From assembly GCA_964548195.1 (NCBI GenBank), contig CAZJQC010000004.1:17403-81402 (forward strand): 64,000 bases of DNA. The letters run 5' to 3'. The DNA is from an uncultured bacterium (GTDB lineage Bacteria; Macinerneyibacteriota; Macinerneyibacteria; Macinerneyibacteriales; DSCS01). The stretch's first letter is position 1. Every line of letters starts with the position of its first letter. Below the pieces are notes generated by a model, which was given only the letters and a program-made list of their open reading frames with translations, had not been told where the DNA came from and did no database searches. The position numbers were made by a program, and so were the translations under genes. Positions 17,431-26,611 of the stretch are shown piece after piece.

Positions 17431-20085
17431 ACGGTTTGTGTTCTCAAGGGAGGTCATCAGCTCGGTGAAGGTATAGGGCTTTTGAAGAAAGCCGTCCGCG
17501 CCCATGCTGAGTATCTCCCTTACCCTTTTATCCTGCGCGTACCCCGAGGCCAGTATGATCTTCACCCCGGGCGATATTTTACGCATGGCTTTGTAGGCCT
17601 CCCGCCCGGACATCACAGGCATGGACATGTCCAGGATGACTATGGAGACTTTTTCGGCGTTCTCCTTCAGTTTTTGTACGCCCTCCTTGCCGTTGACCGC
17701 TTTGATCACCTCGAAGCCCAGGTCGGAGAGCATCCTTCCCGCCACTTCACGCACCACTTCCTCGTCATCCACCAGAAGCAGTGTGCCCGAATATTTTTTC
17801 AGCCCTTTTTCCACGGGCGTTCCGCCGGTCGTCTCCTTTTGATCGGTGACCGGAAGATAGATGATGAAAGTGGAACCCTTGCCGGGTTCGGAATACACGT
17901 CTATGAAGCCGTTATGCTGTTTTACCATGGTATACACCATGGCAAGCCCAAGCCCCGTACCGTGCCCCTCCTTTTTCGTGGTGAAGAAAGGATCGAATAT
18001 CTTGGCGAGCATCTTTTTTTCAATGCCCACTCCGGCGTCAGTGACAGAGGCTCTCCGGTACTCGGCGTCTTCGACGGCCTCCGGATGAGTCAAACAAAAA
18101 TAACTGTCGGCACTGATGGTGCTGATATCGACCTCAATCGTCCCGCCGTTCGGGGCGTCCCGGTGTTCCATCAGTGTCATCGCATGATATGCGTTCACTA
18201 TCAGGTTTAAAAACATCTGCTCTATTTGTGATGAATCTCCCAGTATCATCGCATTATCGTCGCTCCTGACGTTCAGCCTGATCGTGACGCTTTTATCGAA
18301 TGAGTTTTTGCATACGTTTATCACATTTTGTATCGCCCTTGCCAATGACATCGGGTTCATGCGTGTCTCCTGCTTTTGGGCGAGTGTCAGAAGCCTTTTG
18401 ATCATCTCACGGGCGCGTTCTCCCGACTGTTCGATGATATTGATCAATGCTATGATCTTTTCCCCGGAATCCTTGAGATAAAGCTTCAGCAGCGATACGC
18501 TGCCTGTTATGCCGCTCAGCACGTTGTTGAAGTCGTGGGCGAGCCCTCCGGCGAGAGTCCCTATCATCTCCATCTTCTGAGATTGCCTGAGCTGTGTCTC
18601 TTTTTGTTCGATCTCGGTAAGGTCGTCTATCAGTACCACAATATTGTTCTTGTGGTTGCCCAGCATCGGAAAACAGCTTATTTCAAGTACAAGCGTCTTG
18701 CCCGAGACGGACGCGGATATTTTTTTGAATCGCGATGTCTTGCCGCTGTGTATGCAATGGGCGATGTTTTTGCCCATGCCTCTGCAATAAGGCATCACAT
18801 CGAAAAATTCCCTGCCGGTGGAGCCCTCCTTTGTCAAAGAGAAAAAATCAAGGGCATGCTCATTCACATCGGTTATTATGCCTGTATCATCAAGTATAAA
18901 AAGAGATATCGGCATGGAATCTATCAGAAGCCGCATGAAGCGTGACATGTATATCGAGTCTTTTTCCGCAAGCCGGCGCCTTCTGTCGCTGGCCTTCATA
19001 AATATTATTACAGCGATCAGACCCGTAAGGGCGATAGACATGATCGCTATGGAGCGCATCACATTGTCCGGCAACGGTTCGGGGGCGTTTATTATGACGG
19101 AACCTTCCGGGAGGCGGGATCTGGGTATGGAATATTTCTTTAAGTATACATAATCAAAGTAGTATGTGTTTTCAACCGTCAGGACAGGGGGGATGTCCGA
19201 AGGCCTGATGCCGGAAAGTATCAGTTTTGCCATTTCGGCAGCGACTCTTCCCTGATTTCTTCCGCTGGCAAGAAATCCGCCGGTGATGCCCAGGCCGAGT
19301 GAAAAATTCCAGGTCCCGTATACAGGCACTTGGGAGACGGCCGAGATGGAGTATATGCTTTCATCATAATCGATGCTTCGGCCGGCCCGGTCTCTGAGGA
19401 ATATCATATAGAAGATAATCGAATCTCCTCTTATTTCGCCCACCCGCTTAATAAGCTCCTCAAAGGTCAGGTCGTCCAGGAGGACAAAATCGACACGGTC
19501 TTTATATTTAGATATTGCGGCTTGCAGCATCTTGTCCGCGCCTCTTCCCGTAGGTGTCTTGTCGTTTATTACATAGATGGTCCCGGTGTCCGGGTGAATA
19601 TTTAATATCAGCTCAAAATTGCGTTCTATGCCGATGCCTTCGCTTATGCCCGTAAAGTTGCGATGGGCTGATATTTCTGAAACGTCCATGAAATTCACGC
19701 CGCATACCACGACGGGTACGTCTTTGAATATGATGTCATGATACTTTTTTACGAATTCAAAGGCATTGTCATCGGCTGCTATGACCAGGTCATAATCGGA
19801 CAGGCCGATCTTGCTGCGCAAATACTCATACAGTATGCGCAGATATTCAGGGGAATAATTTCTTTTTGTGTCCATATATTCAAAATGGATCTGAATGGCC
19901 GGATCCCCCCGCAGTATTTCCTCAATGCCCCCGATGATCTCATCCGTCCATTTGTATCCGTGATGATAGGAGTTAAGTACGAGCACGGCCTGTTTTCCGC
20001 TGTCGACTGCGGCCGTTGTTGAATGGATGAGCAGAGAAAGAAAGATTGAGAAAAAAAGAAGGCGGCGCAAGTAAAATCCCCACAT
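17425..20085 (-). CDS. Hybrid sensor histidine kinase (periplasmic binding-like, PAS, HisKA, HATPase, REC)
   Basis: LNSYHHGYKW, AHDFNN, NLIVNA, FDPFFTTK, GTGLGL, LLVDDE...LDMSMP...KP. Confidence 0.93.
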   Translation of the reverse strand: MWGFYLRRLLFFSIFLSLLIHSTTAAVDSGKQAVLVLNSYHHGYKWTDEIIGGIEEILRGDPAIQIHFEYMDTKRNYSPEYLRILYEYLRSKIGLSDYDLVIAADDNAFEFVKKYHDIIFKDVPVVVCGVNFMDVSEISAHRNFTGISEGIGIERNFELILNIHPDTGTIYVINDKTPTGRGADKMLQAAISKYKDRVDFVLLDDLTFEELIKRVGEIRGDSIIFYMIFLRDRAGRSIDYDESIYSISAVSQVPVYGTWNFSLGLGITGGFLASGRNQGRVAAEMAKLILSGIRPSDIPPVLTVENTYYFDYVYLKKYSIPRSRLPEGSVIINAPEPLPDNVMRSIAIMSIALTGLIAVIIFMKASDRRRRLAEKDSIYMSRFMRLLIDSMPISLFILDDTGIITDVNEHALDFFSLTKEGSTGREFFDVMPYCRGMGKNIAHCIHSGKTSRFKKISASVSGKTLVLEISCFPMLGNHKNNIVVLIDDLTEIEQKETQLRQSQKMEMIGTLAGGLAHDFNNVLSGITGSVSLLKLYLKDSGEKIIALINIIEQSGERAREMIKRLLTLAQKQETRMNPMSLARAIQNVINVCKNSFDKSVTIRLNVRSDDNAMILGDSSQIEQMFLNLIVNAYHAMTLMEHRDAPNGGTIEVDISTISADSYFCLTHPEAVEDAEYRRASVTDAGVGIEKKMLAKIFDPFFTTKKEGHGTGLGLAMVYTMVKQHNGFIDVYSEPGKGSTFIIYLPVTDQKETTGGTPVEKGLKKYSGTLLLVDDEEVVREVAGRMLSDLGFEVIKAVNGKEGVQKLKENAEKVSIVILDMSMPVMSGREAYKAMRKISPGVKIILASGYAQDKRVREILSMGADGFLQKPYTFTELMTSLENTNRL

Positions 20086-20130
20086 AGTAATATTATACTA
20101 CTGCATATGTGAAAATAAAAGAGGGACGTG

Positions 20131-20159
20131 AAAAAAGGGGGGAGCGCCCCCCTTTTTTT
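20131..20159 (-). terminator. Intrinsic terminator after ppnP
   Basis: A6-GGGGGG-agcg-CCCCCC-T7. Confidence 0.8.
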
Positions 20160-20469
20160 AATCTTTGTAAGAGCAGCAGTAATCGAATAGTGACTCGACC
20201 CTGATCTTGAATGACGATTGGGCGGGGATGGAAAATGTCTCGCCTTCCGGTATGGAGCGCCATTCTTTCTCGCCGGGCAGAAGTACGGCGACTTCGCCTC
20301 CCAGGCTTTCCATTACTTCCGCCGCCGCCGTGTTGAAGGCATATTCGCCTGGCAGCATTATGCCCAATGTCTTCCTTGAACCGTCGCTGAGATATACGGT
20401 CCTGCTTGTAACCTTTCCGCCGTCGTACACATTGGCTTTTTTGACTATCTTCGCGTTTGTGAATTCCAT
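20158..20469 (-). CDS. ppnP: Pyrimidine/purine nucleoside phosphorylase (DUF1255)
   Basis: KANVYDGGKVTSRT, TLGIMLPGEY.F.T...E.M, DYCCSY. Confidence 0.9.
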   Translation of the reverse strand: MEFTNAKIVKKANVYDGGKVTSRTVYLSDGSRKTLGIMLPGEYAFNTAAAEVMESLGGEVAVLLPGEKEWRSIPEGETFSIPAQSSFKIRVESLFDYCCSYKD

Positions 20470-20488
20470 TTTATCTCCTTTCATTTTT

Positions 20489-21094
20489 TTAATCAGTCTG
20501 CGGCCATACTTTATTCAATGCGGTAAGCATATAGCCCCGGCCGCCACGGTGTTCCAGCATTGTCAGCGCTTCATGGTCAATACGGAACCTTCTGAAATAA
20601 TCCGTCCCCATGCCGAGGCAGAGGGCGAGTATGGCCTTGATGACGGCTCTGTGGCTGACAACCAGTATGTTGTCTGCCTCCTCCTCTTCCAGCGACCGTA
20701 TAAAATCAGCGGCGCGCCTATAGAGGGATTCCATGCTTTCACCGCCGGGAAATGCCATGGACTCCGGCGATTTGAGCCAAATATCCCATGCTTCCGGAGA
20801 CTCTTTTTCAATATCGGCGGCGTCGCGCCCTGTCCAGAGGCCGGTGTCCACATTGTTTATGCGGCTGTCGATATGGATCGGCGTCTTGCCTCCCGCAGCC
20901 GCTTCCGCAGTCTGGACGGCCCTCTTCAACGGCGATGTCACGATGAAGGCGGGCCCGAACGCTGCGATGTCCCCGCGCAATCTCAGGCTTCCAGCTATGC
21001 CCGCCGGACTAAGGGAATAATCATCGCGTCCCTTGAAAACCGCATTGCCTTCTCCCTCTGTGCGCCCGTGTCTGAGCAGACAAAGCCGCTTCAT
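20489..21094 (-). CDS. Histidine phosphatase family protein
   Basis: LLRHGRT, TSPLKRA, FPGGES, VVSH. Confidence 0.9.
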   Translation of the reverse strand: MKRLCLLRHGRTEGEGNAVFKGRDDYSLSPAGIAGSLRLRGDIAAFGPAFIVTSPLKRAVQTAEAAAGGKTPIHIDSRINNVDTGLWTGRDAADIEKESPEAWDIWLKSPESMAFPGGESMESLYRRAADFIRSLEEEEADNILVVSHRAVIKAILALCLGMGTDYFRRFRIDHEALTMLEHRGGRGYMLTALNKVWPQTD

Positions 21095-21738
21095 CTTTTT
21101 TTCACCACGAAATAATTGATGCTGAACCCCTTTGCCATGCCTTTGTTCATATAATCCGATTCATGGAACTCCGACATCTCATTGACATACCAGGTCCCGT
21201 ATTCCGGCAGAAAGAATTCCTCAAGGCTTTTGAAGACCGCGCTGATCCAGTCGCGGTAACCCTCATGGTCGGTCACCACAAAAAGCGTGGTGTCGTCATC
21301 CATGAGGGAATGTATCTCGACCAGTGACTTTTTCTGCACCACGCGCCTTTTCCAATGTTTCTTTTTAGGCCACGGATCTGAAAAGTTTATATAGATGCGC
21401 TTGAATGATACCGACTCTCTGAAGATCTCGAACAAGTCCTCTATGGAATTGTGGAGAAAAAGCACGTTGTCAAGCTCCGCCTCCGCGGCGCGTTTGACCG
21501 CCCGCTGCAGTACGGGATAAGAATAATCAACGCCGATGAATTTTTCACCGGGATGTTTTTTCGCCTCTTCGCTCAGGAACTCCCCTTTGCCGCAGCAGCA
21601 TTCCAGTATGCAGGGATTGCCGTCCGTAAAATCGCGGATCCTGCGTATCAGCTCGGACGGGGTCTCCTGTCCGAGGCTTGCTGTATATTTTGCCCATAAC
21701 ATGGCGGGCAGGTTAATGTTTTTTAAACGGTTTTTCAC
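21091..21738 (-). CDS. trmB: tRNA (guanine-N7)-methyltransferase
   Basis: E...GKG, INFSDPWPKKKHWKRR, VTD...Y. Confidence 0.85.
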   Translation of the reverse strand: MKNRLKNINLPAMLWAKYTASLGQETPSELIRRIRDFTDGNPCILECCCGKGEFLSEEAKKHPGEKFIGVDYSYPVLQRAVKRAAEAELDNVLFLHNSIEDLFEIFRESVSFKRIYINFSDPWPKKKHWKRRVVQKKSLVEIHSLMDDDTTLFVVTDHEGYRDWISAVFKSLEEFFLPEYGTWYVNEMSEFHESDYMNKGMAKGFSINYFVVKKR

Positions 21739-21739
21739 A

Positions 21740-22948
21740 TTACATCCATCCGATGAAGAGTTTGTACAGCAATGCCGCGGTGACTCCCGACAGCGGCACG
21801 GTGAGCAGCCATGACACGGCGATCTTCTTCAGTATGTCGAAATTTACGGCTTCCAGCCCTCGCGCCATGCCCACGCCCACGATGGAGCCGACCACGGTAT
21901 GGCTTGACGACACGGGCAGCCCCAGTACGGACGCCAAAAAGACGGTCGTGGCCGTTGAAAAATCTATTGAAAAGCCCCTGGTATTGTTGAGCTCCGTGAT
22001 GCCGTCGCCCACGGTATGCATGACCCTGTATCCCAGCAATGCCACTCCCAGGGCTATTCCCAGCCCGCCAAGTCCCAGCAGATACTTGGGTATCTCAACG
22101 GCTCCGCCCACCGTGCCGAGTTTTACCACGGCATAAATAGCCGCAAGCGGGCCTATGGCGTTGGCGACATCGTTCGCGCCGTGTGACAAAGATACATAGC
22201 AGGATGTCATGATCTGCAGTTTTTTGAAGATGTTTTCAACGGAGCCGAACTCATCTTTGTCGGCTTTTCGTCTTCTTAAGACCAGAAAAGCGATTATGGC
22301 GGTCGCCAGCCCTATCAGCCCCGACCATAATACCGGGCCCTGCAGCCGGTCCATGTGCATGGCTTTCCTGAAAAACATCAGCATCACTATGAAAAACGTC
22401 AGCCCTATGAGTACGGGGCCCACTTTTTTTGCGGCTTCAAAAGGCTTGTTGCGATGGAGTATGGCCCAGGATATGAACTTGAACATGGCGAAAGCCATCA
22501 GCCCTCCAAGCAGGGGGGATAGAAACCAGCTGGCGACGATAAACAGCATCTTTCCCCAGTTTACGGCGCTCCAGCCCACCGCGACTATGCCGAATCCGGC
22601 CATTCCGCCCACGATGGAGTGTGTGGTTGAAATGGGAAGGGCGAATACCGTGGAGATGAATACCCACAATGCCGCCGCCACCAATGCGGCGAAAGCGCCC
22701 GCGAGCATGATGTTCGGCTCCTTGATGACAGCGGGGTCCACTATCCCTTTTCTGACGGTCTCCGTGACCATCTTTCCAAAGAAAAAAGCGCCGGTGAACT
22801 CAAGTATCGCGGCTATGATCACGGCCTGCTTTATGGTTATGGCTTTCGCCCCGACGGCCGTGGCCATGGAATTTGCGACATCATTGGCTCCTATGGCCAT
22901 GGACATCACAAACCCTATGATAGCTGCTAAGATCAGTATAGTCATCAT
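21740..22948 (-). CDS. PiT family inorganic phosphate transporter, copy 1
   Basis: IGANDVANSM, PISTTHS, HGANDVANAIGP, PVSSSH. Confidence 0.95.
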   Translation of the reverse strand: MMTILILAAIIGFVMSMAIGANDVANSMATAVGAKAITIKQAVIIAAILEFTGAFFFGKMVTETVRKGIVDPAVIKEPNIMLAGAFAALVAAALWVFISTVFALPISTTHSIVGGMAGFGIVAVGWSAVNWGKMLFIVASWFLSPLLGGLMAFAMFKFISWAILHRNKPFEAAKKVGPVLIGLTFFIVMLMFFRKAMHMDRLQGPVLWSGLIGLATAIIAFLVLRRRKADKDEFGSVENIFKKLQIMTSCYVSLSHGANDVANAIGPLAAIYAVVKLGTVGGAVEIPKYLLGLGGLGIALGVALLGYRVMHTVGDGITELNNTRGFSIDFSTATTVFLASVLGLPVSSSHTVVGSIVGVGMARGLEAVNFDILKKIAVSWLLTVPLSGVTAALLYKLFIGWM

Positions 22949-22958
22949 CGCTCCGTTA

Positions 22959-23633
22959 TTATTTCAGGAATGCGTGCATCAGTTCCGCGGTGTTTTCCGC
23001 GGTATCCGTCATCTTTACCATGATACGCACGGTCTCCCTGAAAAAGATCAGGTCCACCGGATTCATCTCATGTTTTTTCGAGTACAGCCATTTGCCTATG
23101 TCTATGGAGAGTTTGTCCACATTAAACTCGATATCCTCGATCTTGATGACGCCGCGTCCCTCTTTTTCCAGCACTTTTTCGGCAAACGACGAGGATATGA
23201 CCGATTTCACCTCGCGCATCATGTCTTCGAGAAAGTCTATGGAATCTTTGACCTGGTCCACAAGCTCAAGGGTAAGGCCCTTTACATGATCATCAAGGCC
23301 TTCGACCTTGTTCAGGCATAATTTCTTTGCGATGTCTTCCACGCTGTCGATAAGGGAATCCTGCAGATGGAGATAATCCAGTATGTCCTTGACGGCGAAA
23401 GGCGTCCGCACCGTGGAGGAAAGCATCTTTCTTATCTTGAACTTGATCTCGTCCGCCTGGCTTTCCAGGTCGGATATTGTCCTGACTGTCTCCTCAATGC
23501 TCTTGCCGTCAAAATAATCACGCATGAGCCCGGGAAGCAGGTTGGCCGCTTTCTCCAAAAGTGCGGCATGCTCTATAAGTGACTGTATCGGCGACTCCTT
23601 GGGAAACATCTTGAGAAAAAACGAACTTTTCAT
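22959..23633 (-). CDS. DUF47 / TIGR00153 Pit accessory protein (PhoU-like)
   Basis: ESQADEIK, QDSLID..ED, E..VD, D.AEN; lies between pit genes. Confidence 0.88.
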   Translation of the reverse strand: MKSSFFLKMFPKESPIQSLIEHAALLEKAANLLPGLMRDYFDGKSIEETVRTISDLESQADEIKFKIRKMLSSTVRTPFAVKDILDYLHLQDSLIDSVEDIAKKLCLNKVEGLDDHVKGLTLELVDQVKDSIDFLEDMMREVKSVISSSFAEKVLEKEGRGVIKIEDIEFNVDKLSIDIGKWLYSKKHEMNPVDLIFFRETVRIMVKMTDTAENTAELMHAFLK

Positions 23634-23696
23634 ATCTCACCTCTCGGTTTCATTTTAAAACATCGGCAGCGTATGTCAACATCAGTGTATTACCTT

Positions 23697-24899
23697 TTAT
23701 AATGCGATCAGGATCTTGAATATAAGGGCTGAAGAGAGGGCGGCGCAGGGGACTGTCAGTATCCAGGATATGACTATCGAACCCAGAAAGCCCATGTTTA
23801 ACGCCTCAAACCCCCTGGCCAGGCCGACACCGGTGACGGACCCCACCACTATATGGCTTGATGAGATGGGTATACCGAATATCGATGCCAGAAAGACTGT
23901 GGAGGCTGTGGCAAAATTAACGGAAAAGCCCCTTGAGTTGTTCAACGTGGTGATGCCTTCCCCGACCGCGCGCATTACCTTGTGCCCCCATGTGGAGACG
24001 CCGATCACTATGCCGAGCCCTCCGAGCATAAGCAGCCATTTGGGCACTTCCACGCATGAAGCCACCGCTCCGTTAAGTACGACCGAGTAAATGGCCGCAA
24101 GCGGCCCTATGGCGTTCGCCACGTCGTTTGAGCCGTGGGCAAGCGATACGTAACAGGCCGTTATGATCTGCAGCCTTTTGAATATGCCTTCCACCGCCAC
24201 ATACTGATCATCTGGATAGTTGCGTCTTCTGAATATAAAAAACGAGATAACGGATATTATCAACGCTATGATCAGGGATATTATGATAAATTTCACTGTC
24301 TCCGTACGATGCATGGCCTTTGTGAAAAAGATGAACATCGCCAGAAAGAAGGTGGCTCCTATCAGCAGAGGGCCGACTTTTTTCGCCGCCGCCAGAGGGC
24401 TCTTTTTATGGAGTATGGCTAACGATATGAATTTAAAGACGGCAAACGCCAGCAGTCCGCCAAGCACCGGTGAAAATATCCAGCTCAATGCTATGTGCAG
24501 CATCTTTGTCCAGTTTACCGCGTCCCATCCCGCAGCGGCAATGCCGAACCCGGCCATCCCTCCGACTATGGAATGCGTGGTCGATATGGGTATGGAAAAG
24601 CGCGTTGCGATGAATATCCAGAACGTGGCGGAAAGCAATGCCGCGAAAGCTCCGAATATCATCACCTTGGGTTCGGTGATGAGCGACGGGTCGACTATGC
24701 CTTTTCGAACGGTCTCTGTGACCATCTTGCCCAGGAATAGGGCGCCCGCGAACTCGAAGATGCCGGCGATGATGACAGCCTGCTTGATGGTGATTGCTTT
24801 TGAACCCACGGACGTCGCCATGGAATTGGCGACGTCATTGGCTCCTATGGCCATTGACATTATGAAACCCACAAATGAAGCAGCGATTAAAATTATCAT
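23697..24899 (-). CDS. PiT family inorganic phosphate transporter, copy 2
   Basis: IGANDVANSM, PISTTHS, HGSNDVANAIGP, PISSSH. Confidence 0.95.
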   Translation of the reverse strand: MIILIAASFVGFIMSMAIGANDVANSMATSVGSKAITIKQAVIIAGIFEFAGALFLGKMVTETVRKGIVDPSLITEPKVMIFGAFAALLSATFWIFIATRFSIPISTTHSIVGGMAGFGIAAAGWDAVNWTKMLHIALSWIFSPVLGGLLAFAVFKFISLAILHKKSPLAAAKKVGPLLIGATFFLAMFIFFTKAMHRTETVKFIIISLIIALIISVISFFIFRRRNYPDDQYVAVEGIFKRLQIITACYVSLAHGSNDVANAIGPLAAIYSVVLNGAVASCVEVPKWLLMLGGLGIVIGVSTWGHKVMRAVGEGITTLNNSRGFSVNFATASTVFLASIFGIPISSSHIVVGSVTGVGLARGFEALNMGFLGSIVISWILTVPCAALSSALIFKILIAL

Positions 24900-25221
24900 T
24901 AAGATCTCCGTATCAGGTTCAGAGGAAAACGGGGGCTGAAAAACATCCGCAGGCGCTCACTTGCTCCCGTATTATAAAAATGACATGTCCCGGAGGGGCA
25001 AGCGTCCTCTGGAAAAAATAAGATGACGTCGTGTCTGTCTTCCATGGATGCATAGAGTTTATGATATTATGGACTGATGTCAAATGTTTTGTGATAAATT
25101 AAAAGCATTTGACTTGAAGTAAAGTGACGGTTGCCTCTATCGAAACGGGTATGCAACGGAAGAAGATCGTATGATCATGAGATTAACCTTGTAAATTAAG
25201 GACTTTATAATAGAATAATCC

Positions 25222-26142
25222 ATGCCTTCGAATAAGTTGTCGGGAATAATATGGTCATTCGTCAGTGCTTTGCTGTGGAGCACTACTTTTGTGTCGGGAA
25301 GGTTCTTAATATCAACGCATGAAATCGATCCTGTCAGTCTTTCTGTCATCAGGTTTTTTATCGGATCGCTATGTCTTTTCGCCATAGGGTTTTTTTTGTT
25401 AAAAAAAAGAATGCTCGTTATGGAGTTTAAGGATGTGCCCTATTTATTCTTGATCTCCGCTCTTGGAATTACAGGGATGAGTCTTTTCCTTTTTATAGGG
25501 CAGAAGCATACAACCGCGACAAACAGTTCCCTTATCATGCAGCTCAATCCCTTTTTCATCATGGTGCTGTCGGTGTTTATCGGGGAAAAAATATCCAGGA
25601 GAAAAGTGGCGGGTCTGATATTAAGCTTTATTGGATGTTTGTTCGTCATTGAAATATTGACAGTCAATGGCCTGAGTATCACTTCAACAAACAATGAGGG
25701 CGATATATTTATACTGTTATCTGCTCTCTGCTGGGCTATTTACTCCATACTTTCAAAAAACATCGTCAAAAAATACGGCAGCTTTAAGACCATGGCATGG
25801 GTCATGTTTTTTGGTTTTTTGGAATTGACATTCATATATCTTGTCATGCCGTTTAATACGATGTTGCCCACCCATGGAATTTCATGGGTACTGATAATCT
25901 ATTTGGGCATCTTTCCCACCGCGATAGCTTTTTTTGCCTGGTTTGAGGCATTGAATACAATCTCATTGTCCCTTCTTAACATCATGCAGTATATAACGCC
26001 ATTTTTTACTATTCTCCTTTCCTGCATATTTTTAAAAGAGCAGCTTAAAGCAAATCATTATATGGGCATTCTGATAATCGCATGCGGGATATTTATATCT
26101 GAATATAAAGTCAAGCGATTGAATATAAATATGGGACGGTAA
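25222..26142 (+). CDS. DMT/EamA family transporter
   Basis: About 10 TM helices, two EamA repeats (LWSTTFV, P.F...LS..FxGE). Confidence 0.9.
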   Translation: MPSNKLSGIIWSFVSALLWSTTFVSGRFLISTHEIDPVSLSVIRFFIGSLCLFAIGFFLLKKRMLVMEFKDVPYLFLISALGITGMSLFLFIGQKHTTATNSSLIMQLNPFFIMVLSVFIGEKISRRKVAGLILSFIGCLFVIEILTVNGLSITSTNNEGDIFILLSALCWAIYSILSKNIVKKYGSFKTMAWVMFFGFLELTFIYLVMPFNTMLPTHGISWVLIIYLGIFPTAIAFFAWFEALNTISLSLLNIMQYITPFFTILLSCIFLKEQLKANHYMGILIIACGIFISEYKVKRLNINMGR

Positions 26143-26263
26143 AATCGGGCTTGTGGCTTTTCCCGGAGTGGAGACTTTTTGTAATGTTGCGGAATGAATT
26201 TTCCGGCAATTAAGGGTGTTGAAGATCTGTTCACATAATGAAAAATGAAATTGGAGGAAAATC

Positions 26264-26611
26264 ATGGAAGAAGGAAAAAAGCTGACAATAAAATATGTCA
26301 CTCCCGGCGGGGACCGGGAGACACATCCTGTAAACGGGGCGTTCGGCGGCATGTCATCGGACGGATTGCTGCTGGTCAACCTCTATTTCGACAGGAAATC
26401 CTTTCCCGAGACGATGGAGATCGAGCATATTGAACACAATCTGTTCGGCAACGAAAAACCGCTCGCCTTTGAATCCGACGCCGATGTGATACGTGAGATA
26501 GTGTCAAGGCTCGCGCTCACCCCCAAGGCGGCTGTCGGCATAGGAAAATGGCTGGTAAAAAAAGGCGAAGAGGCAAGGAAGATGACCGAAGGCAATATCA
26601 AGGAGCATTAA
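26264..26611 (+). CDS. Conserved hypothetical protein
   Basis: GGAGG SD; NGAFGG...VNLYFDR and IREIVSRLAL motifs. Confidence 0.7.
   Translation: MEEGKKLTIKYVTPGGDRETHPVNGAFGGMSSDGLLLVNLYFDRKSFPETMEIEHIEHNLFGNEKPLAFESDADVIREIVSRLALTPKAAVGIGKWLVKKGEEARKMTEGNIKEH

Noticed and set aside
22209..24939. Long plus-strand ORFs (370 aa, 239 aa) and similar long antisense ORFs at 20207, 39561, 43964 and 45358
   Set aside because: Antisense shadows of well-supported genes with no motifs or SD.
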